Under the pieces are notes generated by a model. That model was given only the letters and a program-made list of their open reading frames with translations. It made no database searches and was not told the DNA's origin. Source: Nitrospirota bacterium (GTDB lineage: Bacteria > Nitrospirota > UBA9217). From it: a DNA stretch of 64,000 nucleotides. The DNA lies in contig CAVVUN010000008.1 of assembly GCA_963751455.1 (NCBI GenBank), forward strand, positions 192,001-256,000, written 5' to 3'. Below, piece by piece: positions 53,185 through 62,316 of the stretch. The translations under genes and the position numbers were made by a program. Within the stretch, counting starts at the first letter, position 1, and every line of letters starts with the position of its first letter.

Positions 53185-54021
53185 TCAGTTTGCTTTTTTA
53201 TCGATTAAGTCAACTATATCTTCCATAGTCCAAAGCCGATCGGTTAATTTTGCTTGCATGGCCGGTGTAATACTCAGCGATTTGTGAATCCGAACGAAAT
53301 TATAAAACATGAAATAGAGCGATAATACGTGATAGTGATTTTCCAGTTTCTTTGAAAAGGCGTTCGTCAACCGGGTAAATCGGCGCATACCCATACGCAT
53401 GTTTAAATTTTGCCTTTCTACATGGCTTGTAGATACAGCATTAATGTCAGGATTCCCGGCGATCCTTGTTTTCTCGGCTCCCACATATTTAGACGGGCTA
53501 TACCTTGTTTCTTTTTCAGCTACACTCTTGTATACCTTGACGAGTTGAGCGAAGTCAACATCAGAACCAAAAGCACTCTCTACGGCCTCCAAGTACATTT
53601 TATGGCCATCTGTAGTTAACTGGACACGGTTTTTAAGCCTTGAAGCTACGTCCTTCATGAACATAGTTGCGTTCTCAAGATCACGACTGCCTACATGCCA
53701 GGACACGATCAATTTTGAATCCGCGTCGATTGCTGTGAACGTCCAAACATCTCCATAGCCAAACACGTCTTTTTTATCTTCAGGAACGTTTTTTTCTTTC
53801 GAGTAACAAAAACTCCAAATCTCATCGGCCTGGACGCGCTTAACCGTCAATTCCTTCACATGCTCATTATGATAGACATTACATGCGGTCCCGGCGTCTA
53901 CCAGAAGTTTCGTTACCGTGTTGATCGAAACATCTGCGATCCGTGAGATAGACCGCATAGACGATCCTTCGCAAAGCATGTTTAGTATTTGGACTCGTTT
54001 ATTGATAGGCAGCTTGTTCAT
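53185..54021 (-). CDS. IS1-like DDE transposase with N-terminal HTH
   Basis: '[10 protein letters not shown]', 'QADEIWSF', 'TTDG', '[20 protein letters not shown]'; stop lies inside the TIR. Confidence 0.9.
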   Translation of the reverse strand: MNKLPINKRVQILNMLCEGSSMRSISRIADVSINTVTKLLVDAGTACNVYHNEHVKELTVKRVQADEIWSFCYSKEKNVPEDKKDVFGYGDVWTFTAIDADSKLIVSWHVGSRDLENATMFMKDVASRLKNRVQLTTDGHKMYLEAVESAFGSDVDFAQLVKVYKSVAEKETRYSPSKYVGAEKTRIAGNPDINAVSTSHVERQNLNMRMGMRRFTRLTNAFSKKLENHYHVLSLYFMFYNFVRIHKSLSITPAMQAKLTDRLWTMEDIVDLIDKKAN

Positions 54022-54082
54022 GATTATATTATATGAACTTTTTGCTTGAGTGTCAAGCATTATTTTCATATTGAAAAAGATC

Positions 54083-54116
54083 AAAAAAATAGGCTCTTTT
54101 AAACGAAGAGCCTACT
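54083..54116 (-). terminator. Intrinsic terminator of the cargo operon
   Basis: Minus strand TAGGCTCTT..AAGAGCCTA followed by T7. Confidence 0.75.
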
Positions 54117-54125
54117 CCTAACCAC

Positions 54126-54308
54126 CTAAAATAACATTTTGGCAGCTTTGGCTGTTTTTTGACATTGATTTTCGACTGCCTGCCCCCACTGTGAAGGAGT
54201 AGGAAATCCCATATGCGACACTTTTGGGAAAAATCTCTCCACTCCTTTATCGTTGCGATTCACCAATCGTTTTCTTTTCACTTCAATATGTTTTTTTAAT
54301 TTTCTCAT
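54126..54308 (-). CDS. 60-aa basic cargo peptide (MRKLKKHIEVKRKR...)
   Basis: AAGGAG RBS right after the protease stop; terminator follows. Confidence 0.65.
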   Translation of the reverse strand: MRKLKKHIEVKRKRLVNRNDKGVERFFPKVSHMGFPTPSQWGQAVENQCQKTAKAAKMLF

Positions 54309-54327
54309 TATGTGCTCCTTCCCCCTA

Positions 54328-55251
54328 CTACTCAAGATTGGGCGGCGGCGGCGCTCCATAGTTGTCTGTTGCAGACTCTATAATCTTTGAGGCTGTTGTA
54401 CTGACAACATAGTTAAGCCTAACGTAAATTTGCCAAATCAGTTTCCATATTTCAGAATTACTGTCATGCAATTTAATATTCAGGTCGCTTTTCTTTGCCA
54501 AATCATAATAGATTGGGCGTCCATGGGATATCGTTTGTTTAGGATCAAGAAAAGGCCTAATTTTTTGTTTGATCTTCTTTTCACTCCTCTTTTTAAGCAT
54601 ACCACTTTTTAGAGATGTTATTGCAATATTTTCTGAGAGTTTTTGAGCTGATTCAATTCCCCTCAAGTCTCGCGCATCATAACGCGCTAATTGCTGTAAA
54701 TACGGTTCTAGATTCCCCGTGGATTTATTCGCCTTACGAACTAATTCATCGTAACTTTCAAGAATTTCATGTGCAGCCTGATATCTGATCGGTCTTCCCC
54801 GATCATCACGTATTAAAATTTGAGGATCGATAGGACCAAGTTCGGAAGTTTTACTCATCCATATTTCATTCGCTCCCAAGCAAATCATCGTTGCGGCGGA
54901 TTTTGCCATTTTGGGAACAACTACAGTAAATTCATTATTGCTATAACTTCTGCAAATATTAACAACTCGTTCAGCGGCTAAAGCATCTCCTCCAGGACAG
55001 TTTAAAATCAAAACTAATTTTTTACCGTTCAGCGCTGTGTTGCTTAATACTTCTTCAAGCATATCAGCGTCCGTGTCTTCAAGAAGAACGGGAAAAGAAA
55101 AAGACGTGAAAAAAGAAACAATTTTATAATCTTTCAAAAAATTTTCTTCTAACTGTTTGTAAAGATCCTGCCGGGTGTTGTGCCTTTGGTGTACTTCATC
55201 TGCGATATGAGATAACGTATTCAGTCTTGTTTCTTTTGCATGGGTAAGCAT
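54328..55251 (-). CDS. SDH-family (ClpP/crotonase-fold) serine protease, cargo
   Basis: 'LILNCPGGD', 'VPKMAKSAATMICLGA', 'LGPIDPQ', 'SHGRPI'; AT-rich. Confidence 0.85.
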   Translation of the reverse strand: MLTHAKETRLNTLSHIADEVHQRHNTRQDLYKQLEENFLKDYKIVSFFTSFSFPVLLEDTDADMLEEVLSNTALNGKKLVLILNCPGGDALAAERVVNICRSYSNNEFTVVVPKMAKSAATMICLGANEIWMSKTSELGPIDPQILIRDDRGRPIRYQAAHEILESYDELVRKANKSTGNLEPYLQQLARYDARDLRGIESAQKLSENIAITSLKSGMLKKRSEKKIKQKIRPFLDPKQTISHGRPIYYDLAKKSDLNIKLHDSNSEIWKLIWQIYVRLNYVVSTTASKIIESATDNYGAPPPPNLE

Positions 55252-55298
55252 AAAGTATTATATCATGTTTCTTGTTGATAAGTAAACAGGAAAGATCG

Positions 55299-55523
55299 TC
55301 ATTTTCTCCACCGTGCCTTCGCCGCTTTTTTTGCTATCTCTTTCCGCTTTTTTGCAGGTAGTTTTTCTGCTCTAGCTCTTCCGCCTTTAAGCCCTCCCTG
55401 TCGGGAGAGCGTCTTGGTTTCGTCAACCTTCTCTTCAATCTCACCAGTTGCTATCTTGGCGATCTTGATTGCGGCCCCTATGACATCAGCGGGCCTCTTC
55501 TGTCCTTGCGGTCCTTTTGGCAT
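55299..55523 (-). CDS. Small basic element-associated protein (KGG-like)
   Basis: 'KRPADVIGAAIKIAKIATGE..GGLKGGRARAEKL..EIAKKAAKARW'. Confidence 0.8.
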   Translation of the reverse strand: MPKGPQGQKRPADVIGAAIKIAKIATGEIEEKVDETKTLSRQGGLKGGRARAEKLPAKKRKEIAKKAAKARWRK

Positions 55524-55837
55524 GAATCCATAATAGCATGATTCGGGCTTTTGCTCAACGGGGAAAATTTTCAAACTGAGACACTACCAATTTTTGCCCT
55601 TCGCAGCTTCTCACTCGTTCCATATTGAAACATGCTTCCTTGAAATATATATCTTCTCTTTTCCTTCCTATTGTTTTGATCACAGCATTTTCGAGTCGAT
55701 GAATACTGGTTAAAATTGTGTCCCGTCCGCTTGCACTTCTTCTCTTGATTTCCCATGTGTTCAAGGCCGTTCAAACCTGAAACAGCACTGATTTACTCCT
55801 TTTTAAAAATAGACTGTAAAAACGGTAGTTTGCCATT

Positions 55838-55853
55838 TGGCATATGCAATGCA
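55838..55853 (+). promoter_or_regulatory. sigma54 promoter
   Basis: TGGCATATGCAATGCA. Confidence 0.65.
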
Positions 55854-55892
55854 GTATTGATCATTAGATTTAAGTTTTTTGGAGGTCATTTT

Positions 55893-56390
55893 ATGGGAAA
55901 GAGGCAATTGTTGTTCGTCACGTATCGGGATGAAAATCTGGAAGAAGGCGTATCTTACGCAATCGAACTCGCAAAAGCCATGTATGAGGACATAACTTTG
56001 CTCCTCGTCAGAAAGAAAAGCAAGCTCATGGACAAGCTGGAGAACCTTATGACAGCCGTCACCTTTGCGGAGGCAGATGAGCATGACACTGCGCGGCAGA
56101 TCATGGCCGGGTCTCCGGGCGCAGCCGAAGAGTCCCAAAAAAAGATCGAGAAACTGGTACAAAAATGCGCCAACGAAGGCATCGCGGTGAAGGTAGAAGA
56201 CTCTGACCAGGAAGCGGTCTCGGGCATTCGTTCCTATCTGAAGAACCGCACAGGGATCGACAAGGTGGTTCTGAGTCCCGCGATTACCGAGGCCGGCAAT
56301 GTTACGGCTAAAGACCTGAACCGGCTCGTTCGGACCGCGTCGCGGCCGATAGTGACCATGACACGCCAGGCATCTGCGGTCGGAGCATAG
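55893..56390 (+). CDS. USP-like protein with internal FAE motif
   Basis: GGAGG RBS; 'LENLMTAVTFAEADEHDTARQIM'; ends 'SRPIVTM'. Confidence 0.8.
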   Translation: MGKRQLLFVTYRDENLEEGVSYAIELAKAMYEDITLLLVRKKSKLMDKLENLMTAVTFAEADEHDTARQIMAGSPGAAEESQKKIEKLVQKCANEGIAVKVEDSDQEAVSGIRSYLKNRTGIDKVVLSPAITEAGNVTAKDLNRLVRTASRPIVTMTRQASAVGA

Positions 56391-56490
56391 CAAAAGCCTG
56401 AATCGGTGTTGTTCCAGGTTCAGGGTTCCTGTTTCACCGGGTACCTGAGGACCCGGGGCAGCCGAAAAAATCCAATCAAAAGGAGCGAGA

Positions 56491-57420
56491 GTGATGTACT
56501 TGTATTTACCCGTAGCATTGACCAGCATCAACATCCTGATCCCGGTGGGGCTCGGGCTTGCCGTGGGCCTGCTTTCCGGCCTCTTCGGCGTGGGCGGTGG
56601 TTTTCTTTTGACCCCGCTTCTCATCATGTTCGGCATTCCATCCACAGTGGCGGCGGCAACGGATTCGAACCAGATAGTTGCCGCGTCCACCTCGGGCACC
56701 TATGCCCATTGGAAGGTCGGCAACGTGGACTTTAAGATGGGAATATATCTTCTCGTCGGCGGTTTCATCGGCGGCATCGTGGGTGTCCAGGCAATCAAGC
56801 TGCTCCATGCCATGGGCAACGCCGACTTCGTTATTAAAATGACCTATGTGCTCATGCTGGGCATCGTCGGCGTGTATATGTTCATCGAGAGCCTGCAGAG
56901 CATGCGCAAGAAAAAGGACGGTGCGGATCAGGATGTGAAACCGGAAAAGGAGTCGGCAGTAGGAAAATTTCTGAAGTCCCTGCCTCTCCAGACCCGTTTC
57001 GAGAAATCCGGCGTCTCACATTCCATACTGGTGCCAATCGTCCTGGGCGCTTTCGTGGGCGTGCTTGCCGCCATCATGGGAGTGGGCGGAGGGTTCCTGA
57101 TGGTCCCGGTGATGGTCTACATGCTCAGGATGCCGATGCACGTCGTGGTCGGCACCAGCCTGTTCCAGATCCTGTTCACCTGCATCGAGGTTACGTTCCT
57201 GCAGGCCTATACGAACCATAGCGTCGACTTTCTTCTTGCCGTGCTCCTTCTGATCGGATCGACCTTCGGGGCGCAGGTCGGCACGGTGCTGGGAAGAAAA
57301 CTCAAGGGAGAACAGCTTAAGATCCTTCTCGCAGGGATCGTGCTCGTCGTAACGGTCAAGATTGTATTCGAGCTGACGCTTACCCCGCCGCTGCTTCTCT
57401 CGCAAGTAGGAGGACATTAA
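56491..57420 (+). CDS. TauE/SafE family transporter
   Basis: 'YLYLPVA', 'GLLSGLFGVGGGFLLTP', 'IMGVGGGF'. Confidence 0.92.
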   Translation: MMYLYLPVALTSINILIPVGLGLAVGLLSGLFGVGGGFLLTPLLIMFGIPSTVAAATDSNQIVAASTSGTYAHWKVGNVDFKMGIYLLVGGFIGGIVGVQAIKLLHAMGNADFVIKMTYVLMLGIVGVYMFIESLQSMRKKKDGADQDVKPEKESAVGKFLKSLPLQTRFEKSGVSHSILVPIVLGAFVGVLAAIMGVGGGFLMVPVMVYMLRMPMHVVVGTSLFQILFTCIEVTFLQAYTNHSVDFLLAVLLLIGSTFGAQVGTVLGRKLKGEQLKILLAGIVLVVTVKIVFELTLTPPLLLSQVGGH

Positions 57421-58229
57421 TGAAGACGAAATTCAGCATTCAATATTCAATATTTAAAATTGGGTTGTTTCTTTTTCTTGAATTTTTAATTTTGAATTTT
57501 CAATTCGCCGGTACGGCGTCTGCAATGCTTACTGCGAAAGCCAATCATGATCACATCACCATCGATTTCTTCTATCACGGAAGCAGCGTGAGTATCAAGG
57601 GAGAATCTGACGCTAATGTTGATCTGGTCATCAAAATAACTTCTCCTGAAGGGCATCAGGTCCTGAAGCAGAAAGGCAAGGTTGCAGGTGCGCTGTGGAT
57701 GAATGTCGGGCAGCTCAAATTCGAGAACACCCCGAATTTCTACGGCTTGTACAGCACAAAAAAGATTGAAGATATCCTCACGCCGGAAGAAATGACCCGC
57801 TTCGTGATCGGATATCCCGCGCTCGAAAAGCATGTGGAGATATCTCCGGTCGCAAATGAGCAGGAGAGGGCAAAGTGGTTCGAGGAGTTCGTCAAGTTCA
57901 AGGAAGCCCAGAAGGTGTACGCCTACTCCCCGGGAACGATATCTACTACAACAAAGGCCGATGGCGGGCAAGAATATTATATTATGACTGCCTGGCCTTA
58001 CCAGGCCGCTCCCGGTGATTACCTGGTTTCGGTTTATGCGGTAAAGGACGGTAAGGTCGTGGAACAGGCCGAAGCAAAGGTGAATGTAGAGCAGGTAGGG
58101 CTTGTTAAAACACTCTCGACCCTGGCCAGAAACAACGCTGCCTTCTACGGTATCCTGTCTATCGGCATCGCGCTCTTCGCGGGTTTCGGCGTTGGGCTGG
58201 TGTTCGGAAAAGGTGGAGGTTCGCACTAA
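57420..58229 (+). CDS. TIGR02186-like protein (TauE partner)
   Basis: 'KQKGKVAGALWMN', 'PGDYLV', C-terminal TM; coupled to TauE. Confidence 0.8.
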   Translation: MKTKFSIQYSIFKIGLFLFLEFLILNFQFAGTASAMLTAKANHDHITIDFFYHGSSVSIKGESDANVDLVIKITSPEGHQVLKQKGKVAGALWMNVGQLKFENTPNFYGLYSTKKIEDILTPEEMTRFVIGYPALEKHVEISPVANEQERAKWFEEFVKFKEAQKVYAYSPGTISTTTKADGGQEYYIMTAWPYQAAPGDYLVSVYAVKDGKVVEQAEAKVNVEQVGLVKTLSTLARNNAAFYGILSIGIALFAGFGVGLVFGKGGGSH

Positions 58230-59083
58230 TGTATAAATCGATCGTTGTCGGATATGATGAATCGCTCTCGAGCAAGGCAGCCCTCAGAGAGGCCTCGCTC
58301 CGTATCAAGAAGCACGGGGGCGGCATAGTGCTGGTGCACGCCGTATTTTTTGATCAGGAAGAGTTTGCAATTCTGCCTTCGCAAATGGAAAAACGGTTCG
58401 AGTTCGGGACAAAGGTATGCGTCGAGGCAAAGAAGAACGTCGCGCAGGAGTTCGGCAGCGTCGAATCGTATGTCTGTGAAGGCGAGCCGCCCGAAGTGAT
58501 CGTTGAAACGGCAGAGGGGAAGAAGGCGGACCTGATCGCCTTGGGGACCTACGGCAGGAAGGGACTCAAGCGTCTCCTTATGGGCAGTGTCACGTCCCAG
58601 GTGATCCTCAATGCTCCGTGCGACGTTCTTGTCGTGAAAAAGGAGTGTACTACCTGCGGCGGTTCCTATGTATCGCTCCTCGTCCCTTTTGACGGATCGG
58701 ACGCCAGCAAAAAAGCGCTCGTGCGGGCGTGTGAGCTGTCAAAAAGCGACGGATCGGAGATATCGGTCCTGTACGTTATCCCCCGCTATGAAGAAATGAT
58801 GGACTTCTTCAAGACCGAAATGATAAAGAAAAGCCTCTACGAAGAGGCCGGAAAGATTGCCGAGCAGGCCAAGCAGATAGGCGAGGGACAGGGCGTTCGG
58901 ATCAAGGCGATCGTGCAGGAAGGCCACGCAAGCGACAAGATCCTGGAGATCGCCGACAAGTTCAAGAACGACCTCATCGTCATGGGCACCTATGGATGGC
59001 GCGGCATGGACAAGGCGATGATGGGGAGCACTGCAGAGCGGGTAATCGCCCATGGCACGTGCCCGATATTGATTGTGAAATAG
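58229..59083 (+). CDS. Tandem universal stress protein
   Basis: 'GTYGRKG..MGSVT', 'GTYGWRG..MGSTA'. Confidence 0.92.
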   Translation: MYKSIVVGYDESLSSKAALREASLRIKKHGGGIVLVHAVFFDQEEFAILPSQMEKRFEFGTKVCVEAKKNVAQEFGSVESYVCEGEPPEVIVETAEGKKADLIALGTYGRKGLKRLLMGSVTSQVILNAPCDVLVVKKECTTCGGSYVSLLVPFDGSDASKKALVRACELSKSDGSEISVLYVIPRYEEMMDFFKTEMIKKSLYEEAGKIAEQAKQIGEGQGVRIKAIVQEGHASDKILEIADKFKNDLIVMGTYGWRGMDKAMMGSTAERVIAHGTCPILIVK

Positions 59084-59194
59084 TCCTTAATCAGATGTTA
59101 GCCGCAGATTTCGCAGATGACGCAGATTTTTATTTAAAACATAAGCAAAAAGCGGCGAAATCTGCGTAATATGCGGATAGTGAGGGGCAGCGAC

Positions 59195-59617
59195 ATGAAG
59201 GGTTATAGAAAAGTGCTTATTGCATTGAACGGAAACAAAGGGGTCCTCGAACAGGGCATCAAACTTGCGCGGGACGAGAAAACCTGGATCACGGTTGTTA
59301 AAGTCATACGGCCTTTCGACGGAGACCTGAACCTGACGGGCATCAAGAACCTGAGCGACGTGCTTGACGACGGCGGCAATCGGGCTGTTCTGGACATCAA
59401 CAGGACAGCCGAAGCTGAAGGTGCCCTCGTTAAGACCCGCGTTGAGCAGGGTGATGTCCCGCAACGGATTATCGAGGTCGCCGAAGAAGAACAGTGCGAT
59501 CTGATTATTATGGGCTCCAAAAAGAAGAAGGGCATCCTGAGCAGATTGTTCGGAGACCATATTGTGGAAAAGGTCATAGATCAGGCCACATGCCCGGTAT
59601 ATATAGTTGCTCTCTAA
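59195..59617 (+). CDS. Universal stress protein
   Basis: 'YRKVLIALNG', 'DLIIMG', 'CPVYIV'. Confidence 0.88.
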   Translation: MKGYRKVLIALNGNKGVLEQGIKLARDEKTWITVVKVIRPFDGDLNLTGIKNLSDVLDDGGNRAVLDINRTAEAEGALVKTRVEQGDVPQRIIEVAEEEQCDLIIMGSKKKKGILSRLFGDHIVEKVIDQATCPVYIVAL

Positions 59618-59808
59618 CCATCTTAAATCAAACCTCCCTATTAAAGGGAGCCCTCCCGGTCAACCGCACGGCATAAAACTACTAACTTTAATTATCTTCT
59701 TAAAAACCTGAAGTTCTGATTCCAACTGCAGTAATATCTTGCGCCCCGGGTGCAGTAAATAAACCGCACTCCTCCTTCTAGCGTCTTGAAAATTAAGGCT
59801 GCATGCTC

Positions 59809-59824
59809 TGGCATGGCCCGTGCA
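59809..59824 (+). promoter_or_regulatory. sigma54 promoter
   Basis: TGGCATGGCCCGTGCA; NtrC-like TGCAG-N7-TTGCG near 59727. Confidence 0.55.
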
Positions 59825-59876
59825 ATAGAGGCGACTAGAAAGCAAAACAAATTCAATCCAAAAGGGAGGCACTACT

Positions 59877-60305
59877 ATGAAGATCATGGTTGCGTATGAC
59901 GGCACATTGCAGTCGAAGGAAGCTCTGGTGTACGGAATCGAGAAGGCGCATGAAAAAGGCGGCGAGGTCGTTGCGCTGCATGTATTAAACACCAACATGT
60001 TTATAGACTATGATGTTATGGATGCGGAAACCACGGCACGTAGCGAAGCCGGGCGGTTCGTTGAAGAAGCAAAAGCCTTGATCCGCGAGAAGGGAAAAGG
60101 CGTAAAAGCGAGCTTGTTCAGTACTGAGGGAAATCCTGAAGAGGAAATCGTAAGCTTTGCGAAGGACAAAAAAGCGGATATACTGCTTTGCCCGCCTAGA
60201 TTCAAGGGAATCATCAATAAATACCGGAAAGCATTGGGTGCGTCGGAGCTTGCCCGCGAGGCGGCAAAAATGGACCTCGCTGTGCTGTCGACGAAGACGA
60301 TGTAA
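59877..60305 (+). CDS. Universal stress protein
   Basis: 'KIMVAYDGT', 'EGNPEEEI'. Confidence 0.88.
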   Translation: MKIMVAYDGTLQSKEALVYGIEKAHEKGGEVVALHVLNTNMFIDYDVMDAETTARSEAGRFVEEAKALIREKGKGVKASLFSTEGNPEEEIVSFAKDKKADILLCPPRFKGIINKYRKALGASELAREAAKMDLAVLSTKTM

Positions 60306-60443
60306 TAAAGAAGACTGACCACAAACAGCAGCCAGCCATGGATGAACATGCGGAAGATGAACAACTTCAAACCGGTAGAGAAGCAAAAATGTTCTACTGC
60401 GTTTTTGCGGGCTGATCTGTAATACGATAAATGGAGAACAGCT

Positions 60444-60647
60444 ATGGAATTCGAGCATGCATTTCAACAATCAGGTTTTTTTGTCGCGCTTCAGCTGATG
60501 ATCGTCGGGTCGTTGCTTGCGCCCGCCGTGCTTGGAGGGACGGTGTTGTTGCAGCGATTCGTCAGGATCGCAGCTTCCTCTGTCGTAAGCTTCGGTCCGA
60601 TGGCGATCCTTCTCTATATGCTGTACCGGGTCTCACAGCTGAGTTGA
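60444..60647 (+). CDS. Small two-TM hypothetical protein
   Basis: GGAG RBS, two hydrophobic segments. Confidence 0.55.
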   Translation: MEFEHAFQQSGFFVALQLMIVGSLLAPAVLGGTVLLQRFVRIAASSVVSFGPMAILLYMLYRVSQLS

Positions 60648-60975
60648 CACTGTCTCCCTCAGGCTGGGTTGCTGCGGGATGTCGCGCTATTCCAGTCCCG
60701 ACATATTGTGCGCTGGAGGGCTCCGCCGGAGCATAAGACGGGTTGTTTAAGGTTCGAATTTAGTGAAATCGATCTCGAAGAACGCGCTGCGCTTCTTCGG
60801 GATCTCCTTTTTGCGCACAGGGGCATGGATTGATTTCCATATCGTGCGTAATCGCTGATATGCCGGCAAAGCATGGTCAGTAACCATGAACGTTACCAGA
60901 ACCTGGGCGAGCAGCATATTTCTAATTACGATGGATACATCTGCTTCAAGCATCCGGGGCCTCCTGGCTTCGAGT

Positions 60976-61113
60976 TTATACCTGCTGCATTCGAACCGAA
61001 GTCCCGGAATGGAGTCGCCGTACACTGTAAACGGCAAGCGTTCCATATTCACCGGCTTCAGCAAATGCAACGGTAACCCAGACATCTTCGAACATCATCA
61101 TAAGTTTTTGCAT
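60976..61113 (-). CDS. 45-aa FAE-motif peptide (MQKLMMMFEDVWVTVAFAEAGEYGTL...)
   Basis: GGAGG RBS, own sigma54 promoter, shared motif. Confidence 0.75.
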   Translation of the reverse strand: MQKLMMMFEDVWVTVAFAEAGEYGTLAVYSVRRLHSGTSVRMQQV

Positions 61114-61153
61114 ATGGCCTCCATAGAACGATTTAGATTTCATAGACAAATAG

Positions 61154-61169
61154 AGCAACCAGTGTGCCA
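61154..61169 (-). promoter_or_regulatory. sigma54 promoter
   Basis: Minus strand TGGCACACTGGTTGCT. Confidence 0.7.
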
Positions 61170-61348
61170 AACTATAATTAGCTGAAATATAAGAGGATAA
61201 ATTAAATATAAAAATCGTTGGTGCAATTATTTAGCGCACATCAGGCGCTGTGTAAAAAGCGCAGAGCACGGATTAAACAGAAATATTAAACGATAACGGG
61301 TGCAACAAAATAGTGCTGAACCATTGTTGTTGCAGTAGGGAGAAAACT

Positions 61349-62140
61349 ATGAATATCGTTTCAGTTTATGATGGTACTCTTCATTCAAAAACCGCTTTGC
61401 AATACGGCATCCGGAAGATAAAAGAAAAGGGCGGAGAACTGATTGTACTGCACGTATTTGAAACAAGCAGGTTCATTGACTACGATGCCGGACCGAAGGC
61501 CGAGGAGATCGTGCGTGCGGAATCGAAACGGCATCTACTTGACGCGGAGAGCATTATTCGCGAAGAGGGCAAGGGTGTGCCTATTCGGCTTGTTACTGAG
61601 GAGGGCGATCCGGAGCAGGAGATTTTGCGCGCAGCGCAAGCGGCGAAGGCAGATCTTATCCTCGCTACTTCTCGCTACAAAGCCATCTCAAAAAAGACCG
61701 GGTGCCCGGTCTATATAATTCCGGGAACCATTCTTCTGCCGGTTGACAATTCCAGCGCGTTAAGCTCAAGTGTTGAAGCCGTAAGCGCTGAGGCAAAAGC
61801 GACCGGCTCGAAAGTTCTGCTCCTGGGCGTCGTTCCGGTTCATCTGTACAGCGCCGGTGAACAAGAAGAAGTGAATAAGGTCAAAGCCGCCACTGCTGCC
61901 ATCGTCGCCAAAATAAAAAAAGGCCTTAGCGAAAAAGGGCTCGAATGTTCTGAAAAAATCCGTTCGGGATACCCGGACGAGGAAATCCTGAGGGCCGCTG
62001 AGGAACATGCGGTCTCTCTCATCATGCTTCCATCCGGGGGGAAGACGCCTTCTGAACTAAGCAAGGCGGCCGAAATTCTTCGGGATGAGCCGGAGCGCGT
62101 GAAAACGCCTATTTATCTCATACCGGCAAGCGACGGGTGA
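61349..62140 (+). CDS. Tandem universal stress protein
   Basis: 'SVYDGT', 'EGDPEQEI', 'SGYPDEEI'. Confidence 0.88.
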   Translation: MNIVSVYDGTLHSKTALQYGIRKIKEKGGELIVLHVFETSRFIDYDAGPKAEEIVRAESKRHLLDAESIIREEGKGVPIRLVTEEGDPEQEILRAAQAAKADLILATSRYKAISKKTGCPVYIIPGTILLPVDNSSALSSSVEAVSAEAKATGSKVLLLGVVPVHLYSAGEQEEVNKVKAATAAIVAKIKKGLSEKGLECSEKIRSGYPDEEILRAAEEHAVSLIMLPSGGKTPSELSKAAEILRDEPERVKTPIYLIPASDG

Positions 62141-62316
62141 AGTATGACCTCGGCCTATCAAGCACGTGTCGTTCTTACATTTATCAATAGTATAAACCGC
62201 CGCTTATCAGTTGACAGCCGGAGCGAGAGCGATTATGATTGTGCCATAAGTATTGCTTTTTGCAACAGACTGCTTGCACGGGTTTGAACCGCATTCCATT
62301 ATAAGGAGGCACCAGT

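Larger units (their letters stand above)
53176..55588 (-). mobile_element. IS1-family-like element with passenger genes (2413 bp)
   Basis: Perfect TIR GGTAGTGTCTCAGTTTG / CAAACTGAGACACTACC; 8-bp TSD AATTTTTG at 53168-75 and 55589-96. Confidence 0.92.
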
